A stretch of DNA of 64,000 bases. It comes from Oopsacas minuta (taxonomy: Eukaryota; Animalia; Porifera). Each line of letters opens with the position of its first letter. Positions within the stretch are counted from its first letter, which is position 1. Positions 23,900-39,177 of this stretch are shown piece after piece. The notes below the pieces were generated by a model. That model was given only the letters and a program-made list of their open reading frames with translations, was not told where the DNA came from and did not search any database. The DNA is taken from contig JAKMXF010000315.1 in the NCBI GenBank assembly GCA_024704765.1, forward strand, positions 211,084 to 275,083. The letters run 5' to 3'. The translations under genes and the position numbers were made by a program.

Positions 23900-26800
23900 G
23901 TAATTTATATATATTTCAATATATTATTTACTGGCCTCACAATTCGTGGTTCTAACTATTTCGTATCTAATTGGCTTTGAATACCTTGTTTTTATCATAT
24001 ATGTAATTATATAATTTTACATATTAGCAGAAATGGAACTCATATTCAATCGTTAGATTTCTTACGAATCTTTCGATTTAGACCTCTGCAGGCCGAGTCC
24101 TTATAAACGGAATCTCTGGCATCCCCAAAATCATTGAATCCAGATTACCTAAGCACCTTTCTTATTGAATTTATTTTTGATAACATGAAATTTCATGGTA
24201 TAATTTTTTAGATGCTGTTCCTTTATGCCTTTTCATTCTGCCATGGGTACAAATTTTGGCGCTTTGCGAAATATACCATACTTGTATCTCGTTATCTAAA
24301 TATTATATACTTACATATGCCCATTCCAATTCCTGAGATTTTGGAAACGCTATGCTTCAATCTAGTTATCCACTCAAGGAATCCAGACCCCAAGTTCTTT
24401 CTAAGTACTATTTTCAGATTCAGAGGAAATTTGTCAGGTCCTATTTTGGCTTAAACAATGCGGGCATCGGAAGATTTCCCATAGAATATTATGGGTTTGG
24501 TGGGCTATCAGGCTAGTGAGTCTTGAAATTGTATTTTTAGTATTCAGTGTAATTATTTGGCCTGAGGTGGGAACAATCTTTCTTTTAGAGACTACTACCC
24601 TTGTTGAGTCCATTGGTAGCACTCAAAATCTCAAAATTCCTACTGGTCTACCGCAGTGTGTCCAAATTTTTGAGTTCCTACACCCAAAGAAGTAAGATAT
24701 ATGTCTAAAATTCGCTAAGCTTCTAGATAACTTCATTGGTTGGGAGTTTTCTGATCATAAGACCTAGTGAACTCTATGTAAATGTAAATGCTCTAAGCCC
24801 TTTAGTCGAAAATTATGACGTATTTGACACCCGATGATTTTCAAAAATTCACCAAGTGATTTCAAGATTTGCTATATTTATACCATATATATATATCAAG
24901 TAAATGTGAGTATTGACTATTAAAGAGTCTGTCCTCTTTAATTTTATCACTTTCATCAGTTTCTTATCCAGTTTGTGCTAGTGACATTTTGGTAGCACAC
25001 TCGACTACGCATTGAGGCACACACATGTAGAACCACTGCACTACTAGGAGCTAGTTGGCCTTAACACTATTGTATAACTTTATTATTTTGAAAATGTTTC
25101 AACTGTTATTCGGACAGGTCACGCCAATTTTGAATTTTGGTCAATGATACTCGAAAATCCATGAGCCATGAGAATAATGAATTGTAATTCGAACTAAATT
25201 TAGTTTAATTAATATAATACCTTTATCAGTTAATAATATTAGATAATGAAGGTCCCACATGATTTTTGGTAAAGGTCCCCACTGTTAGATACAAAATCAA
25301 AACTTTTCGCCTATGGACCCGACTATTCCCGCCCAACAACCTACAACCCATTCGTAGAATATCCGAATTTGGCCAGAAAAGTGAAGGTTCGATACTCAGC
25401 ATTCAGCCAATTAGTGAATGCTATCAGTGGAACATACATAAAGTGACATCTTTGAGATATGAAAATTCTGTCGGTTTAGCAAGTTGTTCAATTATGCTTA
25501 TGAATTTGTTATTGTCTGAATCTATTTCATGTCAGAATCACTTTCGAATTATATAGGTCTTCCAGATCATGCAGATTTCGCTGAACTTGATACAAATTGC
25601 TTATCCTAACGGAAATTCCATTTGACAATATTCTGTATTCAGTTCGTCGTAGCAAGGATACCATGTAGCACTACATATATGGCTCCGAGAAGGAACTTTA
25701 AGGAAAAATCAAGGATACAATTAACATATATATAATTTCTGCCTGTAGTTGGAGTAAGGTTCTCTCTGAGAACAGCGTATATGAGTACTTACCAGATTAA
25801 TAGCATTATATTCCAATCACTCTCAATTTTCTTAAATTTTATCTAGGAACTGAAACAATATCGAAAATGGGGGAGGGGGGACTTGGCTCGCCTATTTTGC
25901 AAGTTCTACGCCTATGCCTCTCAGTCGACCTTAAATTAATTGTTTTAATGTTTGTTTACAGTTTTTGAAACTGGCTACTAGGACTTAATCTGAAGTGAAA
26001 ACAGTAAATTCATAGAATTTATTTCGATATTTGGCCATTTTAACACGGACATCCCCAGGACTCTTCGCCTAGGAGCGGAAAATATATCACTAGGGGGGGG
26101 GCGGCACGAAATTACTGGGGGTCAGGACGAGAGGCAAGGTGTTTTCATCCGTTTTACAAGAGGTATTCAAAGTAGCGGATCTATAAATTCATAGTTGAGT
26201 ATAACCTTGGCGTCCTGTTGGTTTGATAGCTGGTAGTCAATATATTCGAAACGTTGATCTATGTGACTTGTAATAATCAATGAGGTCCTGGAACGAGATC
26301 CATCGCTAGAAATAACATTTTGTTTTTCAATTGACAAATATAATTGATATTTTCTGGATCCTTTGGTGCCTCCCGTTTACATATAGCACGATGGCACTAC
26401 GGCATTAGGCCGTGCCCTTGCAAGTATTCCTGTGGATTCGGAGCGTAGACCCTGGATAATAAGCAATGATTGCTACGTATTAATTAACTTTCTACTGACA
26501 AGTAGTTGAAACAATTTATCATAACTGCCTAATACACATCTTTTGGAGAATTGTGCCACTGAATTAGTGCTTTGTATATCTGAATAACATACATTTGTTC
26601 AGGGTAATCATCGAAAAGTTATATTGAGTTGCATACATCAAAATTAAATAACACTCCATTCATAATTGAATTTATGCCAAAAAGATGCTCCGGTGCACAG
26701 GTTACCAATCAAATTATGCCCCGGAGCACGATATTTGCCATAACGGGCTTTGCTCCCAATTCCAGTTCAGCGACGCCCGGTATTTGAATCTAATTTGCTA

Positions 26801-26988
26801 ATGTATGCGACTCCCAAATTTAATGTTGGACAAAGTACCTATGTGTAAATTGTACCAATCACTTATACTTGATGTCTACTAATCGAAGATTTCACATTCT
26901 TCCAGGAGCATTTCAAAATCGCATCTTGAATTCATGTGGTTGAAAATTGTGACTGTACCAGTAAGTTGAAATCTCTGACTCTTTATAG

Positions 26989-29059
26989 CAGTGTTTCCCA
27001 ACATTTACTAATTTAACGCCCCCTTATCGGCTTGATACTTACAGAACGTCCCCTACTTAATACTTTATTGAATCAGTTTTAATTATTGACTATATGGAAT
27101 TTAGAAGATTGACTGATATTTTATCTAGGGACTAATCTAAGTATCAGTATACGTTGGAACATGTGATCTCTAACTTTGGTGGACCTTTGCTAGTTTGAAT
27201 ACATCCGGTTCTAACTGCGTCAGAAAGAGTCTCAAGTCGACTCTTGTTGCTATTTCCGGTCGATTTCTTTGTTTTGTGAGCAGATTAACTACTGTATTGA
27301 ATCCCTTTTCGACAAGATATGATGATGGAAATGCAACGAACATTAATTTTACAGTTTGAAAAATATGGGGATAGCATTCAGAGACTTCTTTCTTCATCCA
27401 GAATGCACTATATCCTCATTGGGTGAATATGGCATTGCATTCGATATCATTCTTCAAGTCGATGAATTCTTCTTGACATTGTGGATCCAAAGTTTCTATA
27501 TTTGTTCCAAATGGATTTATAACAAAATTAGCGATAACAAACTCGGTTAAATGTTTGAATCGAATCAACAAATCTTCGCTAAGGGAATCAACATGTGAAC
27601 AGTAAATATGAATGTTGTCCTCCGTAATGATGTTATTATTTGTCATATCCAGTTCACTTAAACAAGGTAACTGCCCAAATTCACGACACGTCATATTCTT
27701 TCGGTACAAGGTTAGTTTACTTAAGAATGATAGAACAACATCCTTCCCTTGTATAAGAGTGGTATTTTCCCTTGTATCTGCTTATTCATTATATTCAGTT
27801 AAGTAATCAACATCAGTCCTTATCATTTTAGCCTTTTCTCAGAGTTGAATCGTATTCTTCTAGAAACTCGACTATAGAATCAAACAGTTAATGGAATCGT
27901 TTCAAACAATTACCTTTAGAAAGCCACCCAACTTCAGTAAGAAGAAGGAGGCGTTTGTAATCTTCATCATTGTTTGAACAAAGTTGCTGAAAGATGCGAT
28001 CATTCAGTGAGTTCTTTTTGATTTTGTTCGTAGCAGTAATCACGATTTGTAAAGACAGGTGAAGATTAGGTGTTGGGTGCTTGGCGATCAAATGTTGACG
28101 ATGTATGACACAATGAATAGAGAAAACATTCGGAATAACTTATTTCAGATGAGCTATCAAACTACGATGGCGCTCCATCAGTAGCATATGTAGTAATATT
28201 TCCTATTTCTACGTTCTTCTCTTCACAAAATTGCTTTACCACAGTATATACTGTCTCACCCCTAGTATCTACACTAGACGCATCTTGATGCATGACAGTA
28301 GATTTAACCTCTCTTATAGCTGGAAGGACGAGCTTTTCACCTATTGTATGAGGCTTTCCACATTTGGCGATTGAAAGAGATATATTGTAAGAAGCAACAA
28401 GACCATCGTCACTTTTAGTGGTAATGTTGTTAATCTACCATCTATGGAATTAGGATTTGTAAACTGCTTGCTTAAAGTCTGGAAATATTTGATGTCCTTG
28501 TCTTTCTCATCAAGGTATTCTTTTTCATGTAGCCGCACATAGGTGAAGGTTTCATGCCCTCATTAGAGAACGCTTGATTGTAGAGTAAACACAAGGGTAA
28601 TTGTTGATTAGTAGATTAAGCGATGAAACTAAATTTCAGATAATCTATGGAGTATTGACAGCATTTTTTCTTTGGATTTTTAGCCATGATTGGATATGCA
28701 AGAAAAAGACGTGTCTACTATTGAGGTAATTAATGAAATAACATGGTATGATCACTTTTTATAACTTCTTTGGTTAGAAGCCGTCTGAACTGTTAATTTA
28801 CCACAACAAACAATATCATTGAAGGCATTGATTGATTGTTAATGGTGAATAATTAGTTCTTCTTGTGGGCACCGTTTTAGAATTGTCATTATGGGTAAAG
28901 TACATAACATAATAATGATGCAATAGTATTTCACAAAATTTACAGATGTTAGAATAAACCTTCATCCAACAGCTCATTATCTCTCAGCGCCCCACACAGC
29001 GTCCCTTGAGGCAAGTAAACGCCCCCGGGGTGCGTTTGAGCCCCCGTTAGGAACCACTG
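26989..29059 (-). mobile_element. hAT (Buster/ZBED-like) element inside the PSMB4 intron, defective
   Basis: 14-bp TIRs CAGTG(T/G)TTCC(C/T)AAC. Degenerate 8-bp TSD CTTTATAG / ATTTATGG with central TA. Fragments LLLTEVGWLSKG and AFPSSYLVEKGF. Confidence 0.85.
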
Positions 29060-31150
29060 ATTTATGGCTTCAAAATATGAGTTTTTTCCGGATGCTTATA
29101 ATGATATTGTCGTGCATAGTGTAATATTTAGCAAGTACCTCCTTTAAGTCAAATTTAACATTGTTGTATAATTTTAGCTGAATAACACTAATTACCTAGA
29201 TTGATTAATACTTTTCGTTACAAATTTAGAATCTAAATACCATTCTTTCTAGCCTCTATAATTGCTATGATACTTATTTGACCAATATTATTTCAGTGAC
29301 TTGTTCTTCTTGGACGATATGTGATTGTTTACAAATACCTTAGCATTCTAATATGGGATACTTGTATTTGAAGATACTTAGGTTGATATATGCGACACCA
29401 TTCATCCAAAACTTTAGGTCCTGACCTATTACTTGACTGTTGGTTAGTAATCTCTACACTTCGTGCTTCAAACATTAAGAGAATCTCAAAATCGTCGAAA
29501 TTTAGGAAAGTTTGATTTTTGTACACTCATAATGGTGAAATAATTGCATGATGAGTTTGCATTTGGCCCAAATCATGAAGTTAGAACAACTTTCATATTG
29601 AGCTGTACCTGTGGCTGATAATTTACATTCCAACATTTACATATATTGGCTGAGGAGTAGCTAATAGTCTGATTTTTCTAAATTCCAAATTGCTATTAAG
29701 TACTTAATAATTTCGTTATAGATATGAACCTTATTACAAAAATTCCAACATATCTGATCCATGCCCAAAATACCTACGTACCCCAAAAATCAGACCTGGT
29801 CATGTAATTTCTTCAATCAATTTTGAGCATGTAAACATATAGTATAGCAGGTATATAAATACAGAATAATCATAGATTTGAGCAATTACCTAATCTAATT
29901 TGATATTTATAATTACGTGTGACCTTGTTAACAAATTTGGGGCTAATATCCATTATTATTTCATATTCTATTGTCCATCGTATGTAATTCCTACTTTATT
30001 TCTTTTCCATTTACATTAGACATACATACCATACGACTCCCAATATATTTAATTTTTTGATAAAACTAGAACTTTTCTAATCACAAATAATATTACTTAC
30101 TATATTTGTGCTTTGTCTCTCTGCCTCAGTCCCCTCTTATCATCACTCATTTCATGGTCTATATCGGCCCTTGATGCACATTTGTTTATTGTTTGGCACT
30201 ATAACATCAATATGCTTAATAACTTACAGTCTGGCTGTTCAGGAATTTTTCGTAATTTTCAAATCCTCTCTTTTTACTAGATTGTAGCCCTGCGTTTGCT
30301 TGATTTAAAGTTTAATGAGCTATCATCACATTAGTGATATTTAAATTCTTGCCACATACTGTAGAGCAGTAACAAGCACACTTCAATTGATCAGTAAAAC
30401 CTACACAGATGTATCCATCACCAAAGTCACTCAGGTTAACAAATACCAATTTTATTTGTAGCTCTAAACTTGGTCCGACTGAAACATAACCAACCAGACC
30501 CTCCCCTACGGCTATGTATTGTTATTCACTACTTCCTTTCGCATGTGTCTGCTTTTGTTCAGAAAATCGAACTGAGTCACATTATTTTCAATTTCAACAA
30601 CGAAATTTTCATTACAAATACATCTGATATGAGTGTTAAAAGATTTGTAACATTTATTCTAATTTACACTAACTGAACAAAAGTACTTGAACACCACTAA
30701 AACTACAATTGTTTTCTTGGTTATACCGCGATTATTTCAATATACATACGATAATATACCTGACAGAATTTTTTGGCTATGTTACCCAACATTGTCTTGA
30801 GTACACAGTGTACCAAAATCGTCATTATGGCGTATTAGGGATTTACATAAATTATAGTACAGATCAGCATCATATATCTATTATACACATGTTGTAAATC
30901 GAGACTAGATCCCAAAATATGATTACTTTTCCAAAGCATACCTGTAAATATGTATTATACTGAATCGCAGTTACTTTTTTGGATTTAATATTATGGGTAA
31001 TTTACATTCCTGGCACATGTCTGGATTAGTGACACCAGAAATAGATACATTTTGAAAATCTATTGAGACTCTCTAAACTGAATTGCAAATATTTGCATAG
31101 GTGGGAATGCCATCTATTTTTCGCTACATCTCTGTTCACAGACTAAGTGG

Positions 31151-31152
<2 letters not shown>

Positions 31153-31185
<33 letters not shown>
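31153..31185. repeat. (AT)16 microsatellite
   Basis: Perfect AT dinucleotide run. Confidence 0.95.
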
Positions 31186-31186
<1 letters not shown>

Positions 31187-31564
31187 TTGATATATTACAT
31201 GTCTGCCACAATTATTACACATAATCAAATGGTATATTATCACTAATATTTGCTCTAAACAATACAAAATATTTATTCTGGGGTAATACAGACCCTGTAG
31301 ATTTTCACATTATTATCAGATTTACAATTGTATATTTAGTGTTGCTCAGGTACTTTCTTTCAGTTATTGTATTTTTATATAATATTCTTATCTCAAAGAC
31401 ATCATTATATGAGTTTTTTGTTAGTTAGCTATTATGATATGGAATGAAATCATTTTATCCCGTTGGTGTTTTTATTTTTACTATATTCTTTAATATTGAC
31501 TGTAAATACTATACAATATATTTGTTCTTTCTAATGGTTCACACGTGTCTTCTTTTATGTTCAG

Positions 31565-31852
31565 GTTGGTACAGCTTATCAAGACGATAATATCGCTACT
31601 GGAATTGGTAGTTACCTTGTGAAGCCATTATTGAGAAAGGCCCTATACAATCAAGACGGTAGAATTATTGTTGATATGGATCGTGGAAAGCAATTAATTT
31701 CTGAATGTATGAAGGTCTTATTTTACCGTGACTGCCGTGCGTATCCAAATTATCTTACTGCTTCAATTTCTCTGAATGGTGCTGAGTTAAACGAGTCAGC
31801 ACAGGATTTTGGAAATTGGTCTATCGCTGATTATGTTCATGGTTATGATTAG
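31565..31852 (+). CDS. PSMB4: Proteasome subunit beta type-4 (beta7), last coding exon
   Basis: TTCAG acceptor at 31560-64. VGTAYQDDNIATGIGSYLVKPLLR...ECMKVLFYRDCRAY...NWSIADYVHGYD* joins in phase 0 to YIDM of the previous exon. Intron 23900-31564 is 7,665 bp. Confidence 0.9.
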   Translation, partial: VGTAYQDDNIATGIGSYLVKPLLRKALYNQDGRIIVDMDRGKQLISECMKVLFYRDCRAYPNYLTASISLNGAELNESAQDFGNWSIADYVHGYD

Positions 31853-32115
31853 ACATATTTTCGCATTGTATCTAATTTCTTTATCCTGATGTATTTAGTA
31901 AAATATTTTCTATGTTTCGTTTCTTGATTGAGGGAAATGAACTCCTAACCTAGCAAGGATACTTTCATTGGTATTTTTTCACAATGGACTACTAACATAT
32001 TCCATCAATTTAAGTAACCAAATATTTCAGCGTCACAATGGTGCCAATATTTTCCATAGTATTATTCTTATGCAAGCTCCTTGTACCTTGTATGTATATT
32101 TTTGACGCTATATAT

Positions 32116-34581
32116 TGGTGGTCTTCAAACATTTTTCTCAGCGTACCTCCTAGCTATTTTTAACTTTACGCGTATCCCCAAGTCCCCAACATCTGATTTT
32201 TACATATAGTATTATATATTCTTAAGTAATATTCGAGTGAATAATATAGAATGATGATAATTCCTATTCAATTACTCCTGAATAGATATCTACTCTAAAG
32301 TCTAAAGGTATTCCTGAACCTAATAGGATGAATGGTGCTAATACAGCTCTAAAATTTGACTAATTCTGAGCCTAATTTTGGTCAATGCTAGTATCAGAGA
32401 TGGTCCTGGATCCAGGCGATTTCTGAGTTTTGTTTTAATTGTAGTGATTGCAGAGAAACCTTGTTCGCATAAGTATGTTGAGTGAAATGAAGTAACTGAG
32501 TAGTTGAACATTACTGATATTTTTGTATTCAAGGCTAGCAAATGTCCAAAACTGACACAAAGCATGTTATGTAAAACAGTTCTCATGGGAGCTGTCAACA
32601 GACAATTCAAGCAAATTATCTTTTAGTTTATTACTAAGATTCGCTTCAGAAATTGACTGAGTCGCAAAGGATTATTACTCTAAGTATTCGTTAAATCTTT
32701 TAGAGCAATTTCAGGAATATACTTCAGAAAAGTATTTGCAAGTATTGTTAAGTGATTGCTAATTATTATCATCACTCTTCCTGTGAGAACTACTTCATTT
32801 TCAATGATAAGATTACTGAGCGATTCAAAAGTGGCGATATCTCCTTTTTCAACTTGAGTAATCCAAAACAATACTTTCTTGTAAAAGCCTTTCACTTTGT
32901 CATGTGCCTGAAAAATGTTAACATCAAATCCTTGTCCCTGAAGATTTAGCTCTTTAATTTTACTGAATACGTCTGCAAGATAGGATAATTGAAAAACCCA
33001 TTCTTCGTCCAAAAAATGAACTTTCAAATCAGATTTCATATCTGAAAGAAAAGTACATACTTCATGTCTCATTTCAAAAAGTCTTGTCAAGACTCGCCCT
33101 CTCGATAACCACCTGACCTCAGTATGCAACAATAATTGCGTGTGGTTTCCCCCCATTTCTTCACACATGATTTTAAATAGACGTGAATTCAATGCTCTTG
33201 ATTTGATATAAATGACAATTTTAACAGCATCATCCAGTACCATGTGTAATTTTGGCTCATTTTCTTAGTTGCCAAAGCTTGTTTGTGAATCGCGCAATGT
33301 TGCCATTTTAAGTTTGGATTTACTGACTTAAGGCGAGCAATAAGACCATTTGTGTGTCCTGTCATGAGGTAGCGCCATCTGAAGATGTACTGGTACACCA
33401 TTACCATTTGAAATCACATTCAGCTCTTATGTGACCATCGAGTACTTCAAATATTTTCTTCTCCAGTGGTTTTTCCGAGTTAACTTTTAGATGCCAATAT
33501 TTGATCATTAATACCTTCATCACAGCAGCACACATACATCAGTAATTGAGCCTGGTTTGAGATATCAGTCGATTCATCAAGTTGTAGTGCAAAACGTTTA
33601 TCTTGTTTAATCTTCTCTATAACTTGTTGTGAGACATCACACACCATTTCTTCAATTCTGCGAGCCATCGTTGTACAGAAAATGGTATTGACTTGATAGC
33701 ATAGACAGCTGCAGCACCTAGCATGTTTTCAGCTATTATCACAGCACCTGGAATTATTAGATTTTCTGCGATTGAATAGTCCTTCTTAGCTCTAGCTGTC
33801 CAAAATGCTAATTCATATGATGTTTTTGTGATATCTTATTAGACTGTGAAAAATTACTTATAATGCTTCTTGACTTAATAATTTCACTAGCCTTTCATTT
33901 GAAATTTTCTATAGTTTATTTTGTAGTTCCTTGTGTTTTGTGACAAAATGGCTCCGTAAAAGAGATGGCTTCATATTATTTTTTGACACAGTTTGGTTGC
34001 AAATAATGCAAAGTGGTAATGCAGGATCACTGTTGGTAGAAACAAACCCAAATCTATTATATGATCCATTGCATTGTCTTCTTTTTGTTTTTACTTCTGT
34101 TTTAGTTCTTTTAGTTACTCTCATTACCCCAGGAGATTCCGAATATGACCTTTCACTACTTGACTCAACTTGTAAAACCGCACCCTCTTTAGAATCACAT
34201 CCCATATCTATCTGAAATTCATTCATGCTAATAAAACAAATTATAAGAAAAACACAATTGTAGGAGGTGGCACTTATCTACGTAAACTCGGCAAATAGAT
34301 AGAATATAGACTCGAATCTGTTAAGTACAGGAAAAAGTAAAAGATTGGTCAGTAAAATACATATTTTGCAACAAGTTTAGCTTCAGGAATCAGGAATGTA
34401 AACGAAGGGAATAACAATACTTACCTAACGTACTTTTATTCAGAAACAATTATGGTTGAATAAAATCTTTTTACTGGATGCTGAAATATCACATATATAC
34501 TTTACCGACTCGTCTCAAGTCTCAAAGAGAGCTGGTGTACCCCCATGAGAAGCCTCGCATATCACAGTTTAAAGATCACTG
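32116..34581 (-). mobile_element. hAT (Buster/ZBED5-like) element, defective
   Basis: Perfect 8-bp TSD CTATATAT (32108-15, 34582-89) and degenerate 15-bp TIRs. BED finger (CIIC...H...H), ALQLDESTD, HCAIH, LLHTEVRWLSRG and STYLCEQGFS lie in broken frames. Confidence 0.9.
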
Positions 34582-35629
34582 CTATATATTATATACCGCC
34601 TTTAAGATTTGAAATTATTTGGGTAATCGATGTGATTACTTAACGAAATAAGGGCGCATCTACTGTTTTTGTGCAATTTTCTACCCACAAGAAGTGAACT
34701 TTACCATAATTTCTTCATCCATCCACGGATTCCAAAGTTGTGCAAATGGAATGCATAATTGCTAAAGTTTCAAAGACTTTCTTGTACAAATGAAATCTTA
34801 ATTTTTGTCCCCTATGTTCGGAAAAGAGATCAGCAATTCATATATAGAAAATATACCGTTTCAGCTACTAAACATTTTCTGCTTCGAGAGTACAGTTCTT
34901 AATCTTCATGTTTACCCAATTTTTCTCTGTACAGCGATTTGATATCAATAATTTATTCATAATAACTAGACTAACAATATTGAATCATTTTTACCAATGA
35001 AAATTTAACTCAAATGTGAAGTTTCTGATCACTTATTACGCCAAAGAGTGCTAAAAACAGATGTAAATAATCTGAAAATGATCTTTCCTATATGTTCAAG
35101 GTCGTACAGTAACACCATACTTAAGTTTTGACTAATTTGTATTAGCGTACATCGTTGTCTCCATTAAACGATTATGATTATTTCAGTATTTAAATCTAGT
35201 TTTTCATGGTCGCATGACCAGATATGTCTTATTTACATACTACTAATCCTGATTTATCTAGGGTCTAGTAGAGATTTGGTTGTAGCATGGGTATAGTTCT
35301 GCTTCAAGATGTCATAGAATGCGTTACGCTATATACTTAGAAAGTAAGAAAATATAATTTAAATAATTATGCATGTGCTTATCACTGCGACCCATGCAAA
35401 ACATTTGGATATCCAACAGTGTGGTCATTATTGAGGGAATTATACACGGTAGAATAGCCAATGGAACCTGTGGCGAGTGAGCAACATTAATAATCTTAGT
35501 ATAGTTAATGTTAATCGCATCCGTGTTGTATTGTCATGGTTGTGATAATATTAAATTCCTATTTCTAAAACAAACCATTTAACAATGATCCTGAATAAAT
35601 ATATAATCGTTTAATTGGGATAGAAATCC

Positions 35630-35855
35630 CAATAAGCGCATATTATTCATAGTCGATTAATCGGGATAAGAGATCCTGAATAACCTATTATGAACTGTCA
35701 AATATTCGGTTAATCGGGATAAAATTTCCCGATTAACCGATTCAATGTCCCAATTATCGAAAGATTTTTCTATGTAATAATCTGTTCTCAAACCATTGGT
35801 CAGTTCAAGCTGATATCCCGATTATCCGAGTTCAGATTAAGCAGCTTCCATTGTA
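35630..35855. repeat. pogo/Tigger-like MITE end with repeated TTAATCGGGAT motifs
   Basis: Repeated (T)TAATCGGGATA and CCCGATTA motifs ending CAGATTAAGCAGCTTCCATTG-TA. Similar ends at ~21250-21292, ~21928-21985 and ~35960-36035. Confidence 0.4.
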
Positions 35856-38029
35856 TTCAAAAATTCTGACCAGATGTTGCTCGGTTAAATCTTGTTAATC
35901 GGGTCACTAGAACAGAATCAGAACCTTACAAATAGCGTGAATTACTCCAGCTATTCTAGCCTACACCTATATTCCTCTTAATCTGGTCAAAATTTCCCTG
36001 TCCCGATGTGACCTAATTAAGTTGAGTCTACTGTATCATACTTCGATCCATTCCCTTCTGTCTGGGATCTCGACACTTCATATTATATTATTTTGTCCTG
36101 TGTTTACCAGATTATTGGAACACCCGAGGAGTATATCCTGGTATTTCTGACCACTAGCACATTCCTAGCATTGGCTCTGCTTGGATGGTGCTTTTTGGAC
36201 GGTAACGCATTCCTCCTATACAAAGTTGAGGCTCATGTTCTGCACATTTCTTCTTCATGTCCACTGAACTAGCATTTTAAAGTTGTTCCCAAGTACATTT
36301 TTGGTCATGTATGGCACGTCTGGTCAAGTTTGTTCAAATTTGTCATTGAGCTTCAACTTGACCAAACTCCGCAGCTCACATACAAATCTCTGTGACCATA
36401 GTGTGCTCAAGCTTGAGTATATTACCACAGGTTCAGAAACCCCGAGCTAGAGAAATCCCTGGACTGCCCTGCTTCTAACTTAATTACGTATCTTTCCATC
36501 CACATGAACACATCACTGTATCAAAATGATGAACTGTAAGCTATTATCATATCGAAACAACTATCATTGAAGTTTGACTGTTGTAAACCAAAGAATATTA
36601 CGATTATGCCATTCTAGAAAGGAACAAGTCCATTCTATTCAGAATTTCAGGACTTTCCCACTACCCTTTCACAAGAGCCATAATACCCTGTGTTAATTCA
36701 CCTCCCAGGTTGGCGAGCACTGCTTGAATTTCATTGATAATTGTTTTCCAACTATAAAGCAATTATTTTTCATGAGATAAACATTTGTTTGAGCTATCAA
36801 GGTGGTCAAGAAAATACTCTACTGCTTCACTCTAAGACGAAAACATTTACCAAGCATTAGATATTTAGAAATACAACGAAGTCACCTTGTGCAATGTCAT
36901 GTTGGATGGCTAAGCATCTGAATGGGTTTGTCGGCAAGGATGTCCAGGTTGCGCCTGCTGTGTCACCGCTTATCCTATCGTCATGAAAAATTATACCTCG
37001 AAGTCCTAAATTTGTACGTTGTTCACAGAGGTTCTTGACTATTGAGCAGTTGATGTTCTATGTTCCTTCGAGTCGAGAATACTGTCACTACATCAACAAT
37101 TGTGGTAACCATATGTTTATGGGTGCACATCCACGAGCCACATTTGTTGAAAGCATCCCAACCGAGAAACAAAATACTTTAGATTGTATTTTTCTCAGGA
37201 TCTTAAGAATATAACCATGTCTCATACCTGTAACTATCTGGGAAACTCTACTGTATTTCCAATATCAAAGTTCCATAGTATAGATTTATTAATCAACCTT
37301 AGCCAGCTTTTGAGATTCGGTCAAGATATGTGGCATGATCAACCGACTGCTCAACTTATGAAGACTAAGCTCTTCATGTAAGAATTGCAAACTGTATATA
37401 CTGAAACCCCTAGGGTGTTTGGATAATCATAAAGTAATCGTCGGTCTTCCACCAATAACCTTCATACAAGCTCCGTATTGTCCCTTGTTGTCGCACTTTA
37501 CGGTCTACCAGTTCTTGAGACATTTCTCTAAGAGATTCCCGTTTTAGTGAAAATTGACGATATCAATTAGTAAAATTAATGTGAAAAATGCTGAAGTCAA
37601 ACGTTAATGACATTCACGGTGAGTTAGACTAATCTTGAAATAATAGAATATCATAGCGCGAGAATGTTCTCGATTTAGATCCATGGTATAATTCGAATTG
37701 TTCTGAGAATTTGTTTACTAACATATAAAGATACGACGAGCCACTATCCAAAGAAAGAAATAAGGTTTCGGTCGTAAAAAGTGAGGCGCCTCCTCTCAAT
37801 CCTAAGCCGGACGTCAGAGATTCGTAAGTCCTGTAGTCAATTTTCTTTGATACACGTGGCCCAGTTGCCCAGATTACAGTTCTAAAAGCGAAACAATTAC
37901 CGGGGACTTTATGCAAATAGTTGTCTCTCAGAAGTAGAAAAACATTATTAGGAGTGGAGGCCAATGTCTGGACTACGGTGCATGCGATTATTCTACTATA
38001 ATGCACGGCCATATAAAAGTAAGCTCATA

Positions 38030-38364
38030 AGCCAGAGTTGGATAGAATGAGAGTTGTTGAGCTAGATCACCCACCTTATTCACCTGACCTCGCTCCTTGT
38101 GATTTCTGGCTCTTTGTAAAGTTGAGAAAGGACCTTGCAGGCAGCCATTTTGGCCAGAATCGACCTAGGGAACGCAATTGGGAGATTCCAAAAAGACATC
38201 CCGCCAGGGGACTAGAAAAATTTTTGTTTTTAATTGCCAGAACGTCTACAACGAGTTACAGACGTTGATGGTGATAATTTCCAGAAAATATAACAATTGT
38301 ACATGTGTATTCTGTATAGTTACAAAAATATGGGGTAGGGTCGGGAACCTTTGAACGCCAATTG
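38030..38364 (+). mobile_element. mariner 3' fragment
   Basis: ELDHPPYSPDLAPCDFWLF (DD34D-type end). Terminal GGGAACCTTTGAACGCCAATTG followed by TA. Confidence 0.7.
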
Positions 38365-39177
38365 TATTATACTTCCATGGCTATATTTTATAAAAAGCTT
38401 TTATACTCTGGATTGATTTCTTGGAATTTAGAGTTGTCAACCCAGTTGTTAAAGCCTACTTTTCAATATCTGGAACCAGACCATTTCCGTATTTTCCTGA
38501 ATAAGCGCTTGGGCTTGTATATGCTTTGTGGGCAAGAAAAGGGCTCCAAGACTGAATGAAAATCTATCCCCACAATATAGAAGAATTCTTTATGAAATAC
38601 ACTCCCCATTTGACTATGCAACAAATTCAGACAAAAGTTTCCCAATAGTCCTTTGTATGCATATTCAAAAATTCAAATATACTGAATTCTATAGAATATC
38701 ACGAAAAGAATAATGAACGCCCGGCCGCTTATTCATGAAAATCAGGTATTAATTATTGCAGCATTTGGAGTATACCAAGTTTGGCATTGTTGTTAAGTTT
38801 CACAGATATACAGTTAGACTCACTCACTCGCCTATTTACACATAGTCTCACTTTGATTTTCAACTTCTGGATTAACACCATCAAACGAAAAATACGAAGT
38901 CGCAAAAGAGTAGCGAAAGAGTGAAGGTTTTTTTCGGCCGCTTTTAAATATTGTTCAGCTAAATATCGAATGTTACGTTGATAATAGTGCGCTGATTCCA
39001 GGTAGAAGATTGAGAAATGTTTGTAGATATGAACTCTGAGAATATATCCACTGTTCAAGTATATATTATGTATCACAAAATGGCCAACGTCTAATCATAT
39101 GATCTGGCCAACAGGATCTAGAAGAATTTTGGGGATTTACAGACCCCACGAAGGTCCTATCTGTAGCCAACGCTGTA

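Noticed and set aside
23390-23980. 196-aa ORF as a single-exon membrane protein
   Set aside because: The hydrophobic flanks are read-through of AT-rich introns around the PSMB4 exon.
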